Source of the DNA: an uncultured Gemmatimonadales bacterium
GTDB taxonomy: Bacteria > Gemmatimonadota > Gemmatimonadetes > Gemmatimonadales > Gemmatimonadaceae
Length of the DNA stretch: 64,000 nt
Reading direction: 5' to 3'
Assembly: GCA_963793305.1 (NCBI GenBank)
Contig: CAWBZV010000005.1
Location: forward strand, 1,312,001-1,376,000
A program made the position numbers and the translations under genes. The notes under the pieces are model-generated. The model did not search any database and was not told the origin of the DNA. It was given only the letters and a program-made list of their open reading frames with translations. This document shows positions 29,403 to 39,193 of the stretch, piece after piece. Positions within the stretch are counted from its first letter, which is position 1. Each line of letters begins with the position of its first letter.

Positions 29403-30536
29403 TTACGGGCCAGTTGTCTCGCCGGGCGATCTCGGCGCGTTTCCACTCTGTTCTGCCGCAAGCAACCCGAGAGCCGCGCGAATCACGCGCAGCACATTGT
29501 CATTGGCGTTGATCGGCGTAAGCCGGATGTTGGGATGGTCACGCTGCCAAACGCGAAAGAGTTCATCGGCGAACGCCTGACCAATCTCCAAAACTCCTTT
29601 GAAGTCGAGAACAACCGCGTCAAACCAGTCAAAGCGTGCGGCGATGGATTTTGCTTGCGACCTCGAAACCAATCTCTCCTGTCCCACTTGCGCGAGGTTC
29701 AACGGAACGTGAGTCACGTTCAGGCCGTATTGTCCGGGCAAAGTATATTGATCCAACACGCTAGTCATAGTACGTGATGGTCGAGTATCTATGGACATGG
29801 TTACTCTGGTGCCAGGTTCAAGGTCCGCCATATCGATCAGCCAGTCGCTGGTCTCGTCAATGTCCGGTGCATGCGAGAAGTACGTATGTCCGGACGATAT
29901 CGTGAAACGGTCACACATACGGCTGGAATAAAAGATGCCCCAGCCGGTGTGAGATGTCGGATCGGTTGTGAGGCGACCTTTGATCAAATCCAACACCGCG
30001 GCTCGCTCGTCCTCGTACTGATACATTTCCCTGAGCTTGTTGAAGATCCCCACGCCCGCGTCGCTAACCATCAGTCTCACGACCGCGGCGGAGCACGATA
30101 CTACCACGAAGATCGAAGTCGATTCAGAATGGTCCAGCGCATTGTTGTAAATTTCGGTGAAGGCGTACTGCGCAATTTGGAATGCATGAGTAAGCCCTGG
30201 AAGCTTGGGCGCGACGTAGTTGGCCCAGACTTCGGACTCACTTGGACCGCCGACTCGAGGGAAGGATTGCGAGGAGACTACGGTGTAAACACCGTACTGT
30301 CGGCCTTTGGTCGCACCTTGCGCGACCAGGATGCCTTCATCCACGAGAGATCGCAGATGGCCATTAATCGCCTGCCTAGTGATTTTGAAGTGCTCGGCAG
30401 CCTCGGCTACTATTTCCGCAGCTCCCACCGCCTTCTCGGGGCCGGTTTGTCCTAGTTCCTTGAGTGCAAGGGCGCGAATCAGGTATCCAGCGACCGTGGT
30501 GGCATCAGGGGGCAGAGATCCGTCGATTGGAAACAC
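29403..30536 (-). CDS. HTH + HATPase + STAS-like (DUF4325) protein
   Basis: ITRQAINGHLRSLVDEG (wHTH), TEIYNNALDHS (N box), DAGVGI (G1), HTGWGIF (G2), SRSQAK..LDFKGV.EIGQAFADELF. Confidence 0.85.
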   Translation of the reverse strand: MFPIDGSLPPDATTVAGYLIRALALKELGQTGPEKAVGAAEIVAEAAEHFKITRQAINGHLRSLVDEGILVAQGATKGRQYGVYTVVSSQSFPRVGGPSESEVWANYVAPKLPGLTHAFQIAQYAFTEIYNNALDHSESTSIFVVVSCSAAVVRLMVSDAGVGIFNKLREMYQYEDERAAVLDLIKGRLTTDPTSHTGWGIFYSSRMCDRFTISSGHTYFSHAPDIDETSDWLIDMADLEPGTRVTMSIDTRPSRTMTSVLDQYTLPGQYGLNVTHVPLNLAQVGQERLVSRSQAKSIAARFDWFDAVVLDFKGVLEIGQAFADELFRVWQRDHPNIRLTPINANDNVLRVIRAALGLLAAEQSGNAPRSPGETTGP

Positions 30537-30724
30537 GATAGCAATTTATTAGAAAGCCAGCCTGGTGTCTAGTTTCCAATCCGAGCTGACCCATTCCCGG
30601 CCCGCTAATCACAAGGAAGGTCCAGGACTATGGCATGTGTTATGACACCGGAGTGGTCTTCGACTGCCTGCTCGCCGAGTTGTGCTGCTGGACTAGGGCT
30701 TAACCGATCTTCCGGGTCGATGGT

Positions 30725-30783
30725 AGGACCTAAAACCCCTTTTAGGGTTAACCTCATTTTGGGTTCGATTCCAGCTCCCGGCA
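30725..30783 (+). repeat. Degenerate direct repeat of the tRNA-Leu 3' half (putative attR)
   Basis: GGGTTCGATTCCAGCTCCCGGCA (30761-30783) matches the tRNA end at 22/23; AGGACCTAAAACCCCT resembles the anticodon arm. Confidence 0.85.
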
Positions 30784-30784
30784 C

Positions 30785-31315
30785 TCAACTCGAACGCATC
30801 CGATAGAAAACGAACTCCTCGCTGTAGAGCGCCCGGACTTTTCTGCCGTTCTGTTGCGCTGGGCGGAATCTCATGTGCGGCATGGCATCGCAGATTCCGC
30901 GCGTCAGTGCCATATCGTCCGATTCGGTGACCACGACAGATCCGGCCACCGGCCGGCCGGCGGTGTCGATGATCGCGACCGCGGTCGCGCGAAGCGCGCC
31001 GTGGTGGGTGAACGGCGGATTGTCGTCCGGGCTCAAGGTCATCGCGACGACACTATAGTCGCTATCCCTGGCCACGGCGTCGACGCCATTCTCGAGGCGT
31101 TTCGCGGGTTGCTCTGGATCAGAGACGACATCGCCAATCGCGCCGACATCGACGTTTCGGACGTCGGCGCAGCGGCCCACGGTCGAGTCTTTCACCGCTC
31201 GCGCAGGTAAGCCGGCGAGCTCATCGGCCGCTCTCGGCGCCGACGCGCAGCCGGCGAGCGCGAGGCTCGCCAGTGCCACGAGTCCCGAGCTCGCCAGATA
31301 CCATGCTCTCGTCAT
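30785..31315 (-). CDS. Lipoprotein with a TonB C-terminal-like domain
   Basis: Lipobox LAGC; IDTAGRP..MRFRPAQQNGRKV. Confidence 0.65.
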   Translation of the reverse strand: MTRAWYLASSGLVALASLALAGCASAPRAADELAGLPARAVKDSTVGRCADVRNVDVGAIGDVVSDPEQPAKRLENGVDAVARDSDYSVVAMTLSPDDNPPFTHHGALRATAVAIIDTAGRPVAGSVVVTESDDMALTRGICDAMPHMRFRPAQQNGRKVRALYSEEFVFYRMRSS

Positions 31316-31723
31316 TTCACCTCGATCTTCTTCCGCCCTTGCTGCTCCGCTTTCGGCGCCGGCATGGTCACTTCCAAGACGCCGTTCGTAAATGTCGCTT
31401 TGATCTGATCGGAGTCTACGTTCGCAGGGAGCGGGATCGCTCTGTAAAAGCTCCCATAGCTCCGCTCGCTGTGATCCGCGTCGCCACTCGATTGCTGGCG
31501 CTCGCCAGAAATGGTGAGCGTCCCGCCGTCGACCTCGACGTTAACGTCTTTCGAGTTGAATCCGGGTAACTCGGCGTGCACGACGAGCTGATCATCGCGC
31601 TTCGACGCGCCGATCGCGGGCAGCCAGAGCGCCTCTAGCGTCGCCATCCGCATTTTCCCCATGTCGTCGATCATCGCGCGCATCAACGCGAACGGGCTAA
31701 GCGGGCGTGGCCTGTGTTTCCAT
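31312..31723 (-). CDS. Hsp20/alpha-crystallin small heat-shock protein; probable +1 insertion just after the start (alternative start 31683)
   Basis: AELPG, LTISGER, ERSYGSFYRAIPLP, A.F.NGVLEV; the RBS-preceded ATG at 31723 is out of frame by one base. Confidence 0.85.
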
Positions 31724-31780
31724 CGCGAACTCCCTCTGGTAAGTGGTACCAGAGATGGCCCGCAATCGCAATGCCAGTAA

Positions 31781-31976
31781 CTAGTGCTTCGGCTCGTCTG
31801 AGGAGGTGTTCTCTTCGACGATCTTGTGCACCGTGATCGTGAGGTCAGGGTACCGCGACCGGCCCACTTTGACCGCGTCTCGAACCGCCTGGATGGCCCG
31901 CCGGGAAAAGTCGTGCTGCGGCTCGAACGTCTCCCTCGACTTCGACGTTCATGACCAGCAGGATCGCTTTCCGCAT
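31781..31976 (-). CDS. Small hypothetical protein (~64 aa), split by a +1 insertion at 31925-31931
   Basis: Removing one T gives MRKAILLVMNVEVEGDVEPQHDFSRRAIQAVRDAVKVGRSRYPDLTITVHKIVEE...; upstream GGA. Confidence 0.45.
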
Positions 31977-32023
31977 GCGATGGAAGGTAGATCCGGATAG
32001 AGAGCCCGACAATATTTCGCCCC

Positions 32024-33019
32024 ATGACCAACGTCGTGGCGCTGGCCGCTGAGCTCCTCTCGATTCAATCGCCGACCGGACACGAAGGACGCGCGGTCGA
32101 ATTCGTCTCCCGATGGCTCGTCGCCCGCGGCTGGAACGTAACGGTTCAAGAAGTCACACCGGGCCGGAGCAACGTCTGGGCGTCGCGCTCCGGCGGTGGC
32201 GTAACCCTGTCCACGCATCTCGATACCGTCCCGCCATTCGTGGCGCCCAGTCTGGATGGCGACCACTTGCGCGGTCGTGGGGCATGCGACGCCAAGGGTA
32301 TTGCCGCGGCCATGCTCGTCGCCGCTGACCGCCTGGCCACCTCGGGCGAGCAGCGCGTCGATGTCTTGCTCGTCGTCGGAGAAGAGAAGGGCTCGGACGG
32401 CGCCCGCGCCGCGAACCAACTCGCCGCCACCTCTCGCTATCTGATCAATGGCGAGCCGACCGAAAGTCGGCTGGCCAGCGGCGCCAAAGGATCGTTGCGC
32501 GTGACGGTACGAACCCGTGGCCGCGCAGCGCACTCGGCATATCAGCATCTGGGCCAATCCGCCATCGACCCTCTGCTGGATCTCCTGCCGAGCCTACGCT
32601 CACTCCCGCTGCCGTCAGATCCCGTTCTCGGGCAGACGACATATAACATCGGAGTCATTCGGGCAGGCACCGAAGCGAACATCGTCCCGGCCTTGGCGGA
32701 AGCCGAGGTCATGTTCCGTCTGGTCGGCGATCCCGCGCCGATCAAGCGGGCGATCGAAGCTTGGGCCGGCAACCGCGCCGAGATCGAGTACGGTTCGTAC
32801 ATTCCCGCCCAACACTTCCACACGGTGCCCGGCATAGACGCGGCGCCGGTGGCCTATACTTCCGACATTCCGCTTTTGACGCGCTGGGGCACGCCGCTGC
32901 TCTTTGGTCCCGGCTCGATCCATGTCGCCCACACCCCGGACGAGTACATCGACGTGCGCGAGCTCCGCGCGAGCGTCGATACGTACGAGCGGCTCGTTCG
33001 CACACTGCTCGCCGTATGA
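32024..33019 (+). CDS. M20 metallohydrolase (DapE/ArgE-like deacylase)
   Basis: THLDTVP, GRGACDAKG, GEE, GEPT, HVAHTPDE; first gene of the dap operon. Confidence 0.85.
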   Translation: MTNVVALAAELLSIQSPTGHEGRAVEFVSRWLVARGWNVTVQEVTPGRSNVWASRSGGGVTLSTHLDTVPPFVAPSLDGDHLRGRGACDAKGIAAAMLVAADRLATSGEQRVDVLLVVGEEKGSDGARAANQLAATSRYLINGEPTESRLASGAKGSLRVTVRTRGRAAHSAYQHLGQSAIDPLLDLLPSLRSLPLPSDPVLGQTTYNIGVIRAGTEANIVPALAEAEVMFRLVGDPAPIKRAIEAWAGNRAEIEYGSYIPAQHFHTVPGIDAAPVAYTSDIPLLTRWGTPLLFGPGSIHVAHTPDEYIDVRELRASVDTYERLVRTLLAV

Positions 33020-34167
33020 CTGCCGCCACCTCCAAATGGCCCGTCGCCATCCTCGGCGCAACGGGCGCCGTCGGCCAGACCTTCATCCGCTTGCTCGTCG
33101 ACCATCCGTGGTTCACGGTCGCCGAAGTGGCCGCCTCCGATCGCTCGGCCGGCAAGTCGTATCGCAATGCGACGCACTGGCTCGAAGGCACTCTCCCTCC
33201 CTCCGTCGCGGATCTTCAGGTCCAACTGTGCGATCCGGCTTCGCTTCGCTCGCCGATCGTTTTTTCTGCGCTCGACTCGTCGGCGGCTGAGACCCTTGAG
33301 CCGGCGTTTGCGAGGTCTGGGCGGCTCGTGTTCAGCAACGCAAAAAATTACCGAATGGAGCCGGATGTCCCTCTCTTGATCCCCGAGATCAACGCCCCAC
33401 ACCTGGCCGCGCTCCCGACGCAACGCCGCCGCCACGGATGGTCAGGCTGCGGCGCCATTATCACGAACGCGAACTGCGCGGCGACATCCGCCGTCTTTCC
33501 GCTAGCGGCACTGCACGCCGCCTTCGGTCTCGAGCAAGTTCTGGTCGTCACGATGCAAGCGGTCTCGGGCGCCGGTTACCCGGGCGTGCCTTCATTGGAC
33601 ATTCTGGGCAACGTGATCCCGTTCATTGGCGACGAAGAGCCCAAGGTCGAACGGGAGCTCCCAAAAATGCTGGGCACCTGGTCAGGCACTCTGATTCAGC
33701 CGGCCGATTTCGCCGTCAGTGCGCACACGAACCGAGTTCCGGTCGAGCACGGCCACACCGCCTGCATGACCGTGAAACTGCGCACGCGTGCAGACGCGCA
33801 CGAAGCGCGCGCCGTATTGGAAGAATGGCGTGGTCACGAAGTGGCGCGAGCATTGCCAAGCGCCCCAGAGCGCGCCATGGTCGTCACCGACGATGAAAAA
33901 CGCCCGCAACCGAGACGGGATGCGCTGGCCGGGAAGGGAATGACGTGCACCGTCGGCCGTGTTCGCGCCGACACGCTGTGGGACCTTCGCCTCGTCGCCC
34001 TCGCCCACAACACGATCCGCGGCGCCGCGGGCGGATCGATTCTGAACGCCGAGCTTCTCGCCGCCCAAGGCGGCCTCCCGGGGGAACTCGGCGCAGCCGA
34101 GTTCTTGTCCAACCGACCCGCGGAGCGACGCGACAGCGGCGCGGAGACACGCGGCGGAGCCGCGTGA
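33016..34167 (+). CDS. asd: Aspartate-semialdehyde dehydrogenase
   Basis: GATGAVGQ, NANC, QAVSGAGYPG, RVPVEHGH, HNTIRGAAGG. Confidence 0.95.
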   Translation: MTAATSKWPVAILGATGAVGQTFIRLLVDHPWFTVAEVAASDRSAGKSYRNATHWLEGTLPPSVADLQVQLCDPASLRSPIVFSALDSSAAETLEPAFARSGRLVFSNAKNYRMEPDVPLLIPEINAPHLAALPTQRRRHGWSGCGAIITNANCAATSAVFPLAALHAAFGLEQVLVVTMQAVSGAGYPGVPSLDILGNVIPFIGDEEPKVERELPKMLGTWSGTLIQPADFAVSAHTNRVPVEHGHTACMTVKLRTRADAHEARAVLEEWRGHEVARALPSAPERAMVVTDDEKRPQPRRDALAGKGMTCTVGRVRADTLWDLRLVALAHNTIRGAAGGSILNAELLAAQGGLPGELGAAEFLSNRPAERRDSGAETRGGAA

Positions 34168-35513
34168 TCGTCTCGAAATTCGGCGGAACCTCGGTCGCCG
34201 ACGCCGAGGCCATCACCCGCACGGCCGAGATCATTCGCGGCCGCCTCGATCGCCGCCCGGTCGTCGTCGTCTCGGCCATGGCCGGGGTGACGAACGACCT
34301 GCTCGCGTTGGCCGAGCACGCCGTGCAGGGTCAGTTGCTCATGGCCATGCAATCGGTCGAGGCGTTGCGCCGCCGGCACTTCGCGGCCGCCGAACAATTG
34401 CTGGGCCCAGCCGAGGCATCCGAGTTGTGCGCGGAGATGAGCGTGATGTTCGACGAGCTCGCGAGCCTGGCGGGCGCGCTGTCGGTGCTCGGACACCTCA
34501 CGCCCCGCTCGCTCGACGCCGTCGCGGCGACCGGCGAGCTCCTCTCATCGCAGATCGTGGTCGCCGCCTACACGAAACTCGGCCTCGACGCGGGCCTGGT
34601 CGATGCGCGTCAGGTGGTCATCACCGACGACGACTATACCAAGGCCACGCCTCAGGCCGAGGCCATTTTGGCGGCGGCGCGCGAGACGATTCTGCCGTTG
34701 CTCCGCGACGGCCGCGTTCCCGTCCTCGGCGGTTTCGTCGGCGCGACGGCAAACGGGATCACGACGACGCTCGGTCGCGGAGGGTCGGACTACAGCGCCG
34801 CCCTCGTCGGCGCCGCGCTCGACGCCGAGGCGATCGAGATCTGGACCGACGTCGACGGGATGCTGACGGCTGACCCGCGCGTGGTCGGTGGCGCGCGACT
34901 CATCGAGCAAATCCGGTTCGACGAGGCGTCCGAGCTCGCCTCCTTCGGGGCGAAAGTACTGCACCCGAGCACGATCGCCCCGGCCGTCCGCCGCGGCATC
35001 CCGGTATACGTGTACAACTCCCTCCGCCCAACGGGCAGTGGGACCCGGATCACGTTCGAAGCGCCACGCCGGCCCGTCTCGGCTATAGCGGGGAAAAAGG
35101 GCACGACGATCGTCAAAGTCAGAGCGTCGCGGATGCTCTTGAGCCACGGGTTCTTGCGCATGATCTTCGAGGTGTTCGAGCGTCACCGGACATCGATCAA
35201 CGTCGTCGCGACCTCCGAGGTCTCGGTCTCCGTCACGGTCGACCAGACCGATCGCCTCGAAGCGATCGTGGTCGATCTCTCGACGTTGGGCAATGTATCG
35301 GTCGAGCGATCACGCGGGATCATTGCCATCGTTGGCGCGGGATTGAGCGATGATACGGCGACGATCGCCAAGGGTCTGGAGGCGCTGCGGGGAATCAAGG
35401 TGCACATGCTCTCGCTCTCCGCGACGGGGATCAATTTCACCCTGATCGTCGACGCCGACGACGTCGCGCCGGCCATGCGTCGGCTGCACGCAGCATTCTT
35501 CCCGGAGTCTTGA
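34164..35513 (+). CDS. lysC: Aspartate kinase
   Basis: KFGGTSV, TTLGRGGSDYSA, WTDVDG, GAKVLHP, ACT domains. Confidence 0.95.
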   Translation: MIVSKFGGTSVADAEAITRTAEIIRGRLDRRPVVVVSAMAGVTNDLLALAEHAVQGQLLMAMQSVEALRRRHFAAAEQLLGPAEASELCAEMSVMFDELASLAGALSVLGHLTPRSLDAVAATGELLSSQIVVAAYTKLGLDAGLVDARQVVITDDDYTKATPQAEAILAAARETILPLLRDGRVPVLGGFVGATANGITTTLGRGGSDYSAALVGAALDAEAIEIWTDVDGMLTADPRVVGGARLIEQIRFDEASELASFGAKVLHPSTIAPAVRRGIPVYVYNSLRPTGSGTRITFEAPRRPVSAIAGKKGTTIVKVRASRMLLSHGFLRMIFEVFERHRTSINVVATSEVSVSVTVDQTDRLEAIVVDLSTLGNVSVERSRGIIAIVGAGLSDDTATIAKGLEALRGIKVHMLSLSATGINFTLIVDADDVAPAMRRLHAAFFPES

Positions 35514-36160
35514 TGCGAGTCGCGCTGATCGGGATGGGAAAGATGGGCCGCGCCGTTCGTGACCTCGCGGGCGCCCAGGTCGCCGTGACGCTCGACGCGC
35601 CGTTCACGCCGGACCGCCTCGCGAACGCGGACGTTGCCATCGAGTTCACAGTCCCCTCGGCGGCGCCAACGAACATCCGCGCCTGCCTCGCCGCGGGCTG
35701 TCCCGTGGTCGTCGGCACCACCGGCTGGTACGCCGAGCTCCCGTCGCTCACCGAGGAAGTCTCGCGTCAGGGCGGTGCATTGCTGTGGGCGGCAAACTTC
35801 TCTCTCGGAGCCCAAGCCATGATGTATCTCGCCGCCGAGGCCGCCCGCCTGCTCGATACGGACGTGGCGATCGTCGAGACGCACCACGCCTCGAAGAAAG
35901 ACGCGCCGTCCGGCACGGCCCGCGAGATCGCCCGCGCGATCATTGAGGAGAGAAGCGGGGGAGTGCCGATCACGAGTGTCCGGGTCGGCCACGTGCCAGG
36001 CACGCACGAGGTCATATTTGATGGCACATTCGACCAATTGCGTCTCACGCACGAGGTCCGCGACCGCAAGGTCTTCGCCGAGGGCGCGCTGGTCGCGGCC
36101 GAGTGGCTGATCGCCGAAAAGCGGGTTGGTGTCTTCACGATGCAGGATGTCCTCGCATGA
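35513..36160 (+). CDS. dapB: 4-hydroxy-tetrahydrodipicolinate reductase
   Basis: GMGKMG, VGTTG, ETHHASKKDAPSGTA. Confidence 0.95.
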   Translation: MRVALIGMGKMGRAVRDLAGAQVAVTLDAPFTPDRLANADVAIEFTVPSAAPTNIRACLAAGCPVVVGTTGWYAELPSLTEEVSRQGGALLWAANFSLGAQAMMYLAAEAARLLDTDVAIVETHHASKKDAPSGTAREIARAIIEERSGGVPITSVRVGHVPGTHEVIFDGTFDQLRLTHEVRDRKVFAEGALVAAEWLIAEKRVGVFTMQDVLA

Positions 36161-37047
36161 CGAGTCGCCTCAGTGGTTGCGGCACCGCGCTCGTGACGCC
36201 GTTCTCGTTGCACGGCGCCCTCGACTTGGGCTCGCTGGCCCGCATGGTCAATTGGCAACTCGACGAGGGAGTCGATTTCCTCGTCCCCTGTGGCTCGACG
36301 GGCGAAGCCGCGACGATGAGCCTCGAGGAGCACGTCCGCGTCGTGACGCACACGGCGGAAGTCGCCTCGGGTCGCGCGCCGATCGTCGCGGGCGCGGGAT
36401 CCAACGACACGCACAGGGCCGCGGTGCTCTCGCGTGAGCTGTGTACCAGCGGTGCCACGCACTTGCTGCACGTCACGCCGATGTACAACAAGCCGCCCCA
36501 GCGTGGATTGATGGAGCATTTCCGCTCGATCGCCGACGCGTCTCCGCTGCCGATCATTCTCTACAACGTCCCGAGTCGCACGGGGATCAACATGCTCGCC
36601 GAGACGACCCTCGAGCTGGCCGAGCACCCGAATATCCTCGGTGTCAAGGAGGCGTCGGGCGACCTGGGGCAGATTGTCGAGATCTTGCGTCATTGACCCG
36701 ATCGCTTCTCCGTGCTGTCGGGCGATGATGCGTTGACGTTGGCGGTTATCGCGCACGGTGGCGACGGCGTCATCTCGGTGATCTCGAACGTCACCCCGAA
36801 CCTCATGAGCATCCTCGTCTCCCTGGCGCGGGCCGAGAAGATGTCGGAGGCCCGTCGGATCGACAACCGACTGCGTCCTTGGATGCGAGCGGCGTTCATC
36901 GAGTCGAACCCGATCCCGGTCAAGGCTGCGCTCGGCCTCATGGACCGCATCACTCCCACGCTGCGCCCTCCGCTCGTGCCGTTGGCCGAGGCCTACATAC
37001 CGGCGCTTACCGCGGCGCTCCTCTCCGTCGGCGCTCTCCGCGCGTGA
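36157..37047 (+). CDS. dapA: 4-hydroxy-tetrahydrodipicolinate synthase with an in-frame TGA at 36694-36696
   Basis: TALVTPF, GSTGE, YNVPSRT, KEASG, then after the stop SGDD and SNPIPVK in the same frame. Confidence 0.9.
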
Positions 37048-37841
37048 CCGATCTCGAACGCGATATCGCCTCGGCCTCTCCCGAGACCGCGCGAGAGGTC
37101 GTCGACCGGCTTCTCGCCGAGCTGGAAAACGGCGCGGTTCGAGCAGCGGTCAACACGGGCGGCGTCTGGCGGGCAGTACCCTGGGTGAAACAGGGCATAC
37201 TGCTCGGCTTTCGCATTGGTGTTCTTACGGAGTACGACGGGTTCGTCGACAAAGACACGTTTCCCATCCGCCATTTCACGCCCAGCGATGGCATCCGCTT
37301 GGTGCCGGGTGGTTCGGCGGTGCGTCGAGGTGCGTACCTCGCGCCCGGTGTGGTGTGCATGCCGCCGATGTACGTCAATGTCGGTGCTCACGTGGGCGCT
37401 GGCACGATGATCGACTCGCATGCCCTCGTCGGCTCGTGCGCCCAGATCGGAGAGCGGGTGCATATCAGTGCCGCCGCGCAAATCGGCGGCGTGCTCGAGC
37501 CGGTGAACGCAGCCCCAGTCGTGATCGAAGACGACGCATTAGTCGGCGGCAACTGCGGGGTCTACGAAGGCACGGTCGTCCGCACGGGCGCGGTTCTGGG
37601 AGCCGGCGTCATCCTCACGCGCGGCACGCCCGTGTATGATCTCGTGCGTGAGACCATCTATCGCGCGGAGGATGACCGGCCGCTCGAGATCCCCGCGGGA
37701 GCAGTCGTCATCCCTGGCGCTCGGGCGATTCAGCGAGGGTGGGGCGCCGAGCAGCACCTGTCGCTGCAGACGCCGGTGATCGTGAAATACCGCGACGAGA
37801 AAACCTCGGCCGCGGTGGCGCTCGAATCCTGGCTCCGATGA
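37044..37841 (+). CDS. dapD: Tetrahydrodipicolinate N-succinyltransferase
   Basis: [31 protein letters not shown]. Confidence 0.93.
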   Translation: MTDLERDIASASPETAREVVDRLLAELENGAVRAAVNTGGVWRAVPWVKQGILLGFRIGVLTEYDGFVDKDTFPIRHFTPSDGIRLVPGGSAVRRGAYLAPGVVCMPPMYVNVGAHVGAGTMIDSHALVGSCAQIGERVHISAAAQIGGVLEPVNAAPVVIEDDALVGGNCGVYEGTVVRTGAVLGAGVILTRGTPVYDLVRETIYRAEDDRPLEIPAGAVVIPGARAIQRGWGAEQHLSLQTPVIVKYRDEKTSAAVALESWLR

Positions 37842-39193
37842 CCGTGCGCGTTACTGGCCAGGTCACCGTTCCGGGTGACAAGTCGATCTCGCACCGCGCC
37901 CTGATGTTCGCCGCGCTGGCGCAACCCGGCGCCAAGTCCGTCGTGCGCGAGATCCTCGACTCGGCCGACGTTCGATCGACCGCCGCCGTGCTGCGCGCGC
38001 TCGGCGTGCCGATCCCGAGCTTCTCGCCGGCGATGACAATCACGGGCGTCGGCCGGCGCGGCTTGGCCGCTGCATCGGCCGCGCTCGACTGCGGCAATAG
38101 TGGAACGACGACGCGGCTTATGGCCGGAATCCTCGCCGCTTCGGCCTTCCGCAGCATTCTCGTGGGCGACGATAGCCTGAGCCGCCGCCCGATGCGCCGC
38201 GTCGCTCGGCCGCTCGAGGCCATGGGGGCGCGTATCGCGCTTTCGGCCGGCGATCGTCTGCCGATGCGCATTGACGGTGGGCCGCTTTCGTCTCTCCACT
38301 GGAAAAGCGAGACCGCTTCGGCCCAGGTAAAGAGTGCGATCTTGCTCGCCGGTCTCGTCGCCGGCGTCGAGGTCACAATCGAGGAGCCATCGCCGACTCG
38401 CGATCACACCGAGCGCTTTCTCCGCGCCCTCGGCGCTCCCGTTATTGTCGGGCCTACGGTCGGAGCTACAATCGCGGCGGTCGGGACGGTCGGGACGGTC
38501 GGGACGGTCGGGACGGTCGGGGCTAGGGTCGCGGCGGGTTCCGTCACGTTGGCGCCGGTAGCGCGCGACCTGACTGGCTTCGACCTCACGGTACCAGGCG
38601 ATCCATCGTCTGCCGCCTTCTTCGCTGGTCTCGCCTCGCTCGCCGACACTGGATCCCTGTCTCTGATCAACGTCCTCGCCAGTCCGACACGTGATGGCTT
38701 CTTCCGCACGCTCTCGGCGATGGGCGGCGCGGTCGCGCGAAGCGCGCCGTGCGACACCGAATCCGGCGAACAGGTCGCGACGTACGAGATCGCTCCAGCC
38801 CGACTCCGGAGCATACGGGTTGGGGCGAGCGAAGTCCCGTCGATGATCGACGAGCTGCCGCTGCTCGCCTGCCTTGCCGCCCATGCCGAAGGCGAGACCG
38901 TGATCTCAGGCGCCGAGGAGCTTCGCGTGAAAGAGAGCGACCGCATCGCCACCACGGTCGCAAATCTCCGTACGATCGGAGCCGAGGTCGAGGAGCGTCC
39001 GGATGGGATGGTGGTAGTCGGCAGTGACGCCCCACTGCGCGGCCGGATCATCACGCACGGCGACCACCGTATCGCGATGGCCTTCGCGATCCTCGGCCGC
39101 CGCCGCGGCAACGCGATCGAGGTCGACGACCCGGATTGTGTGGCGGTGTCTTATCCGTCGTTCTGGCGCACGCTCGACGAGGTCACCCGTTGA
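37838..39193 (+). CDS. aroA: EPSP synthase
   Basis: [42 protein letters not shown]. Confidence 0.95.
   Translation: MTVRVTGQVTVPGDKSISHRALMFAALAQPGAKSVVREILDSADVRSTAAVLRALGVPIPSFSPAMTITGVGRRGLAAASAALDCGNSGTTTRLMAGILAASAFRSILVGDDSLSRRPMRRVARPLEAMGARIALSAGDRLPMRIDGGPLSSLHWKSETASAQVKSAILLAGLVAGVEVTIEEPSPTRDHTERFLRALGAPVIVGPTVGATIAAVGTVGTVGTVGTVGARVAAGSVTLAPVARDLTGFDLTVPGDPSSAAFFAGLASLADTGSLSLINVLASPTRDGFFRTLSAMGGAVARSAPCDTESGEQVATYEIAPARLRSIRVGASEVPSMIDELPLLACLAAHAEGETVISGAEELRVKESDRIATTVANLRTIGAEVEERPDGMVVVGSDAPLRGRIITHGDHRIAMAFAILGRRRGNAIEVDDPDCVAVSYPSFWRTLDEVTR
38480..38515 (+). repeat. In-frame 9-bp tandem repeat (GTCGGGACG)x4 inside aroA
   Basis: Four perfect copies encoding VGT, with degenerate flanking copies. 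Confidence 0.95.

Larger units (their letters stand above)
25738..30783. mobile_element. Decayed integrative element or prophage remnant inserted in tRNA-Leu
   Basis: Bounded by the tRNA and a degenerate copy of its 3' half; orphan cargo, partly AT-richer; phage-like pseudogene; no integrase recognised. Confidence 0.75.

Noticed and set aside
30700..30783. Second functional tRNA-Leu
   Set aside because: The D-arm is missing and the anticodon stem is disrupted; it fits an att remnant
36694..36696. Selenocysteine or alternative genetic code at the dapA TGA
   Set aside because: TGA is a normal stop for many genes in this window, and the position is not a catalytic Cys
38480..38515. CRISPR array
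   Set aside because: 9-bp tandem units without spacers, in frame within aroA; no cas genes or repeat-spacer arrays seen in the window
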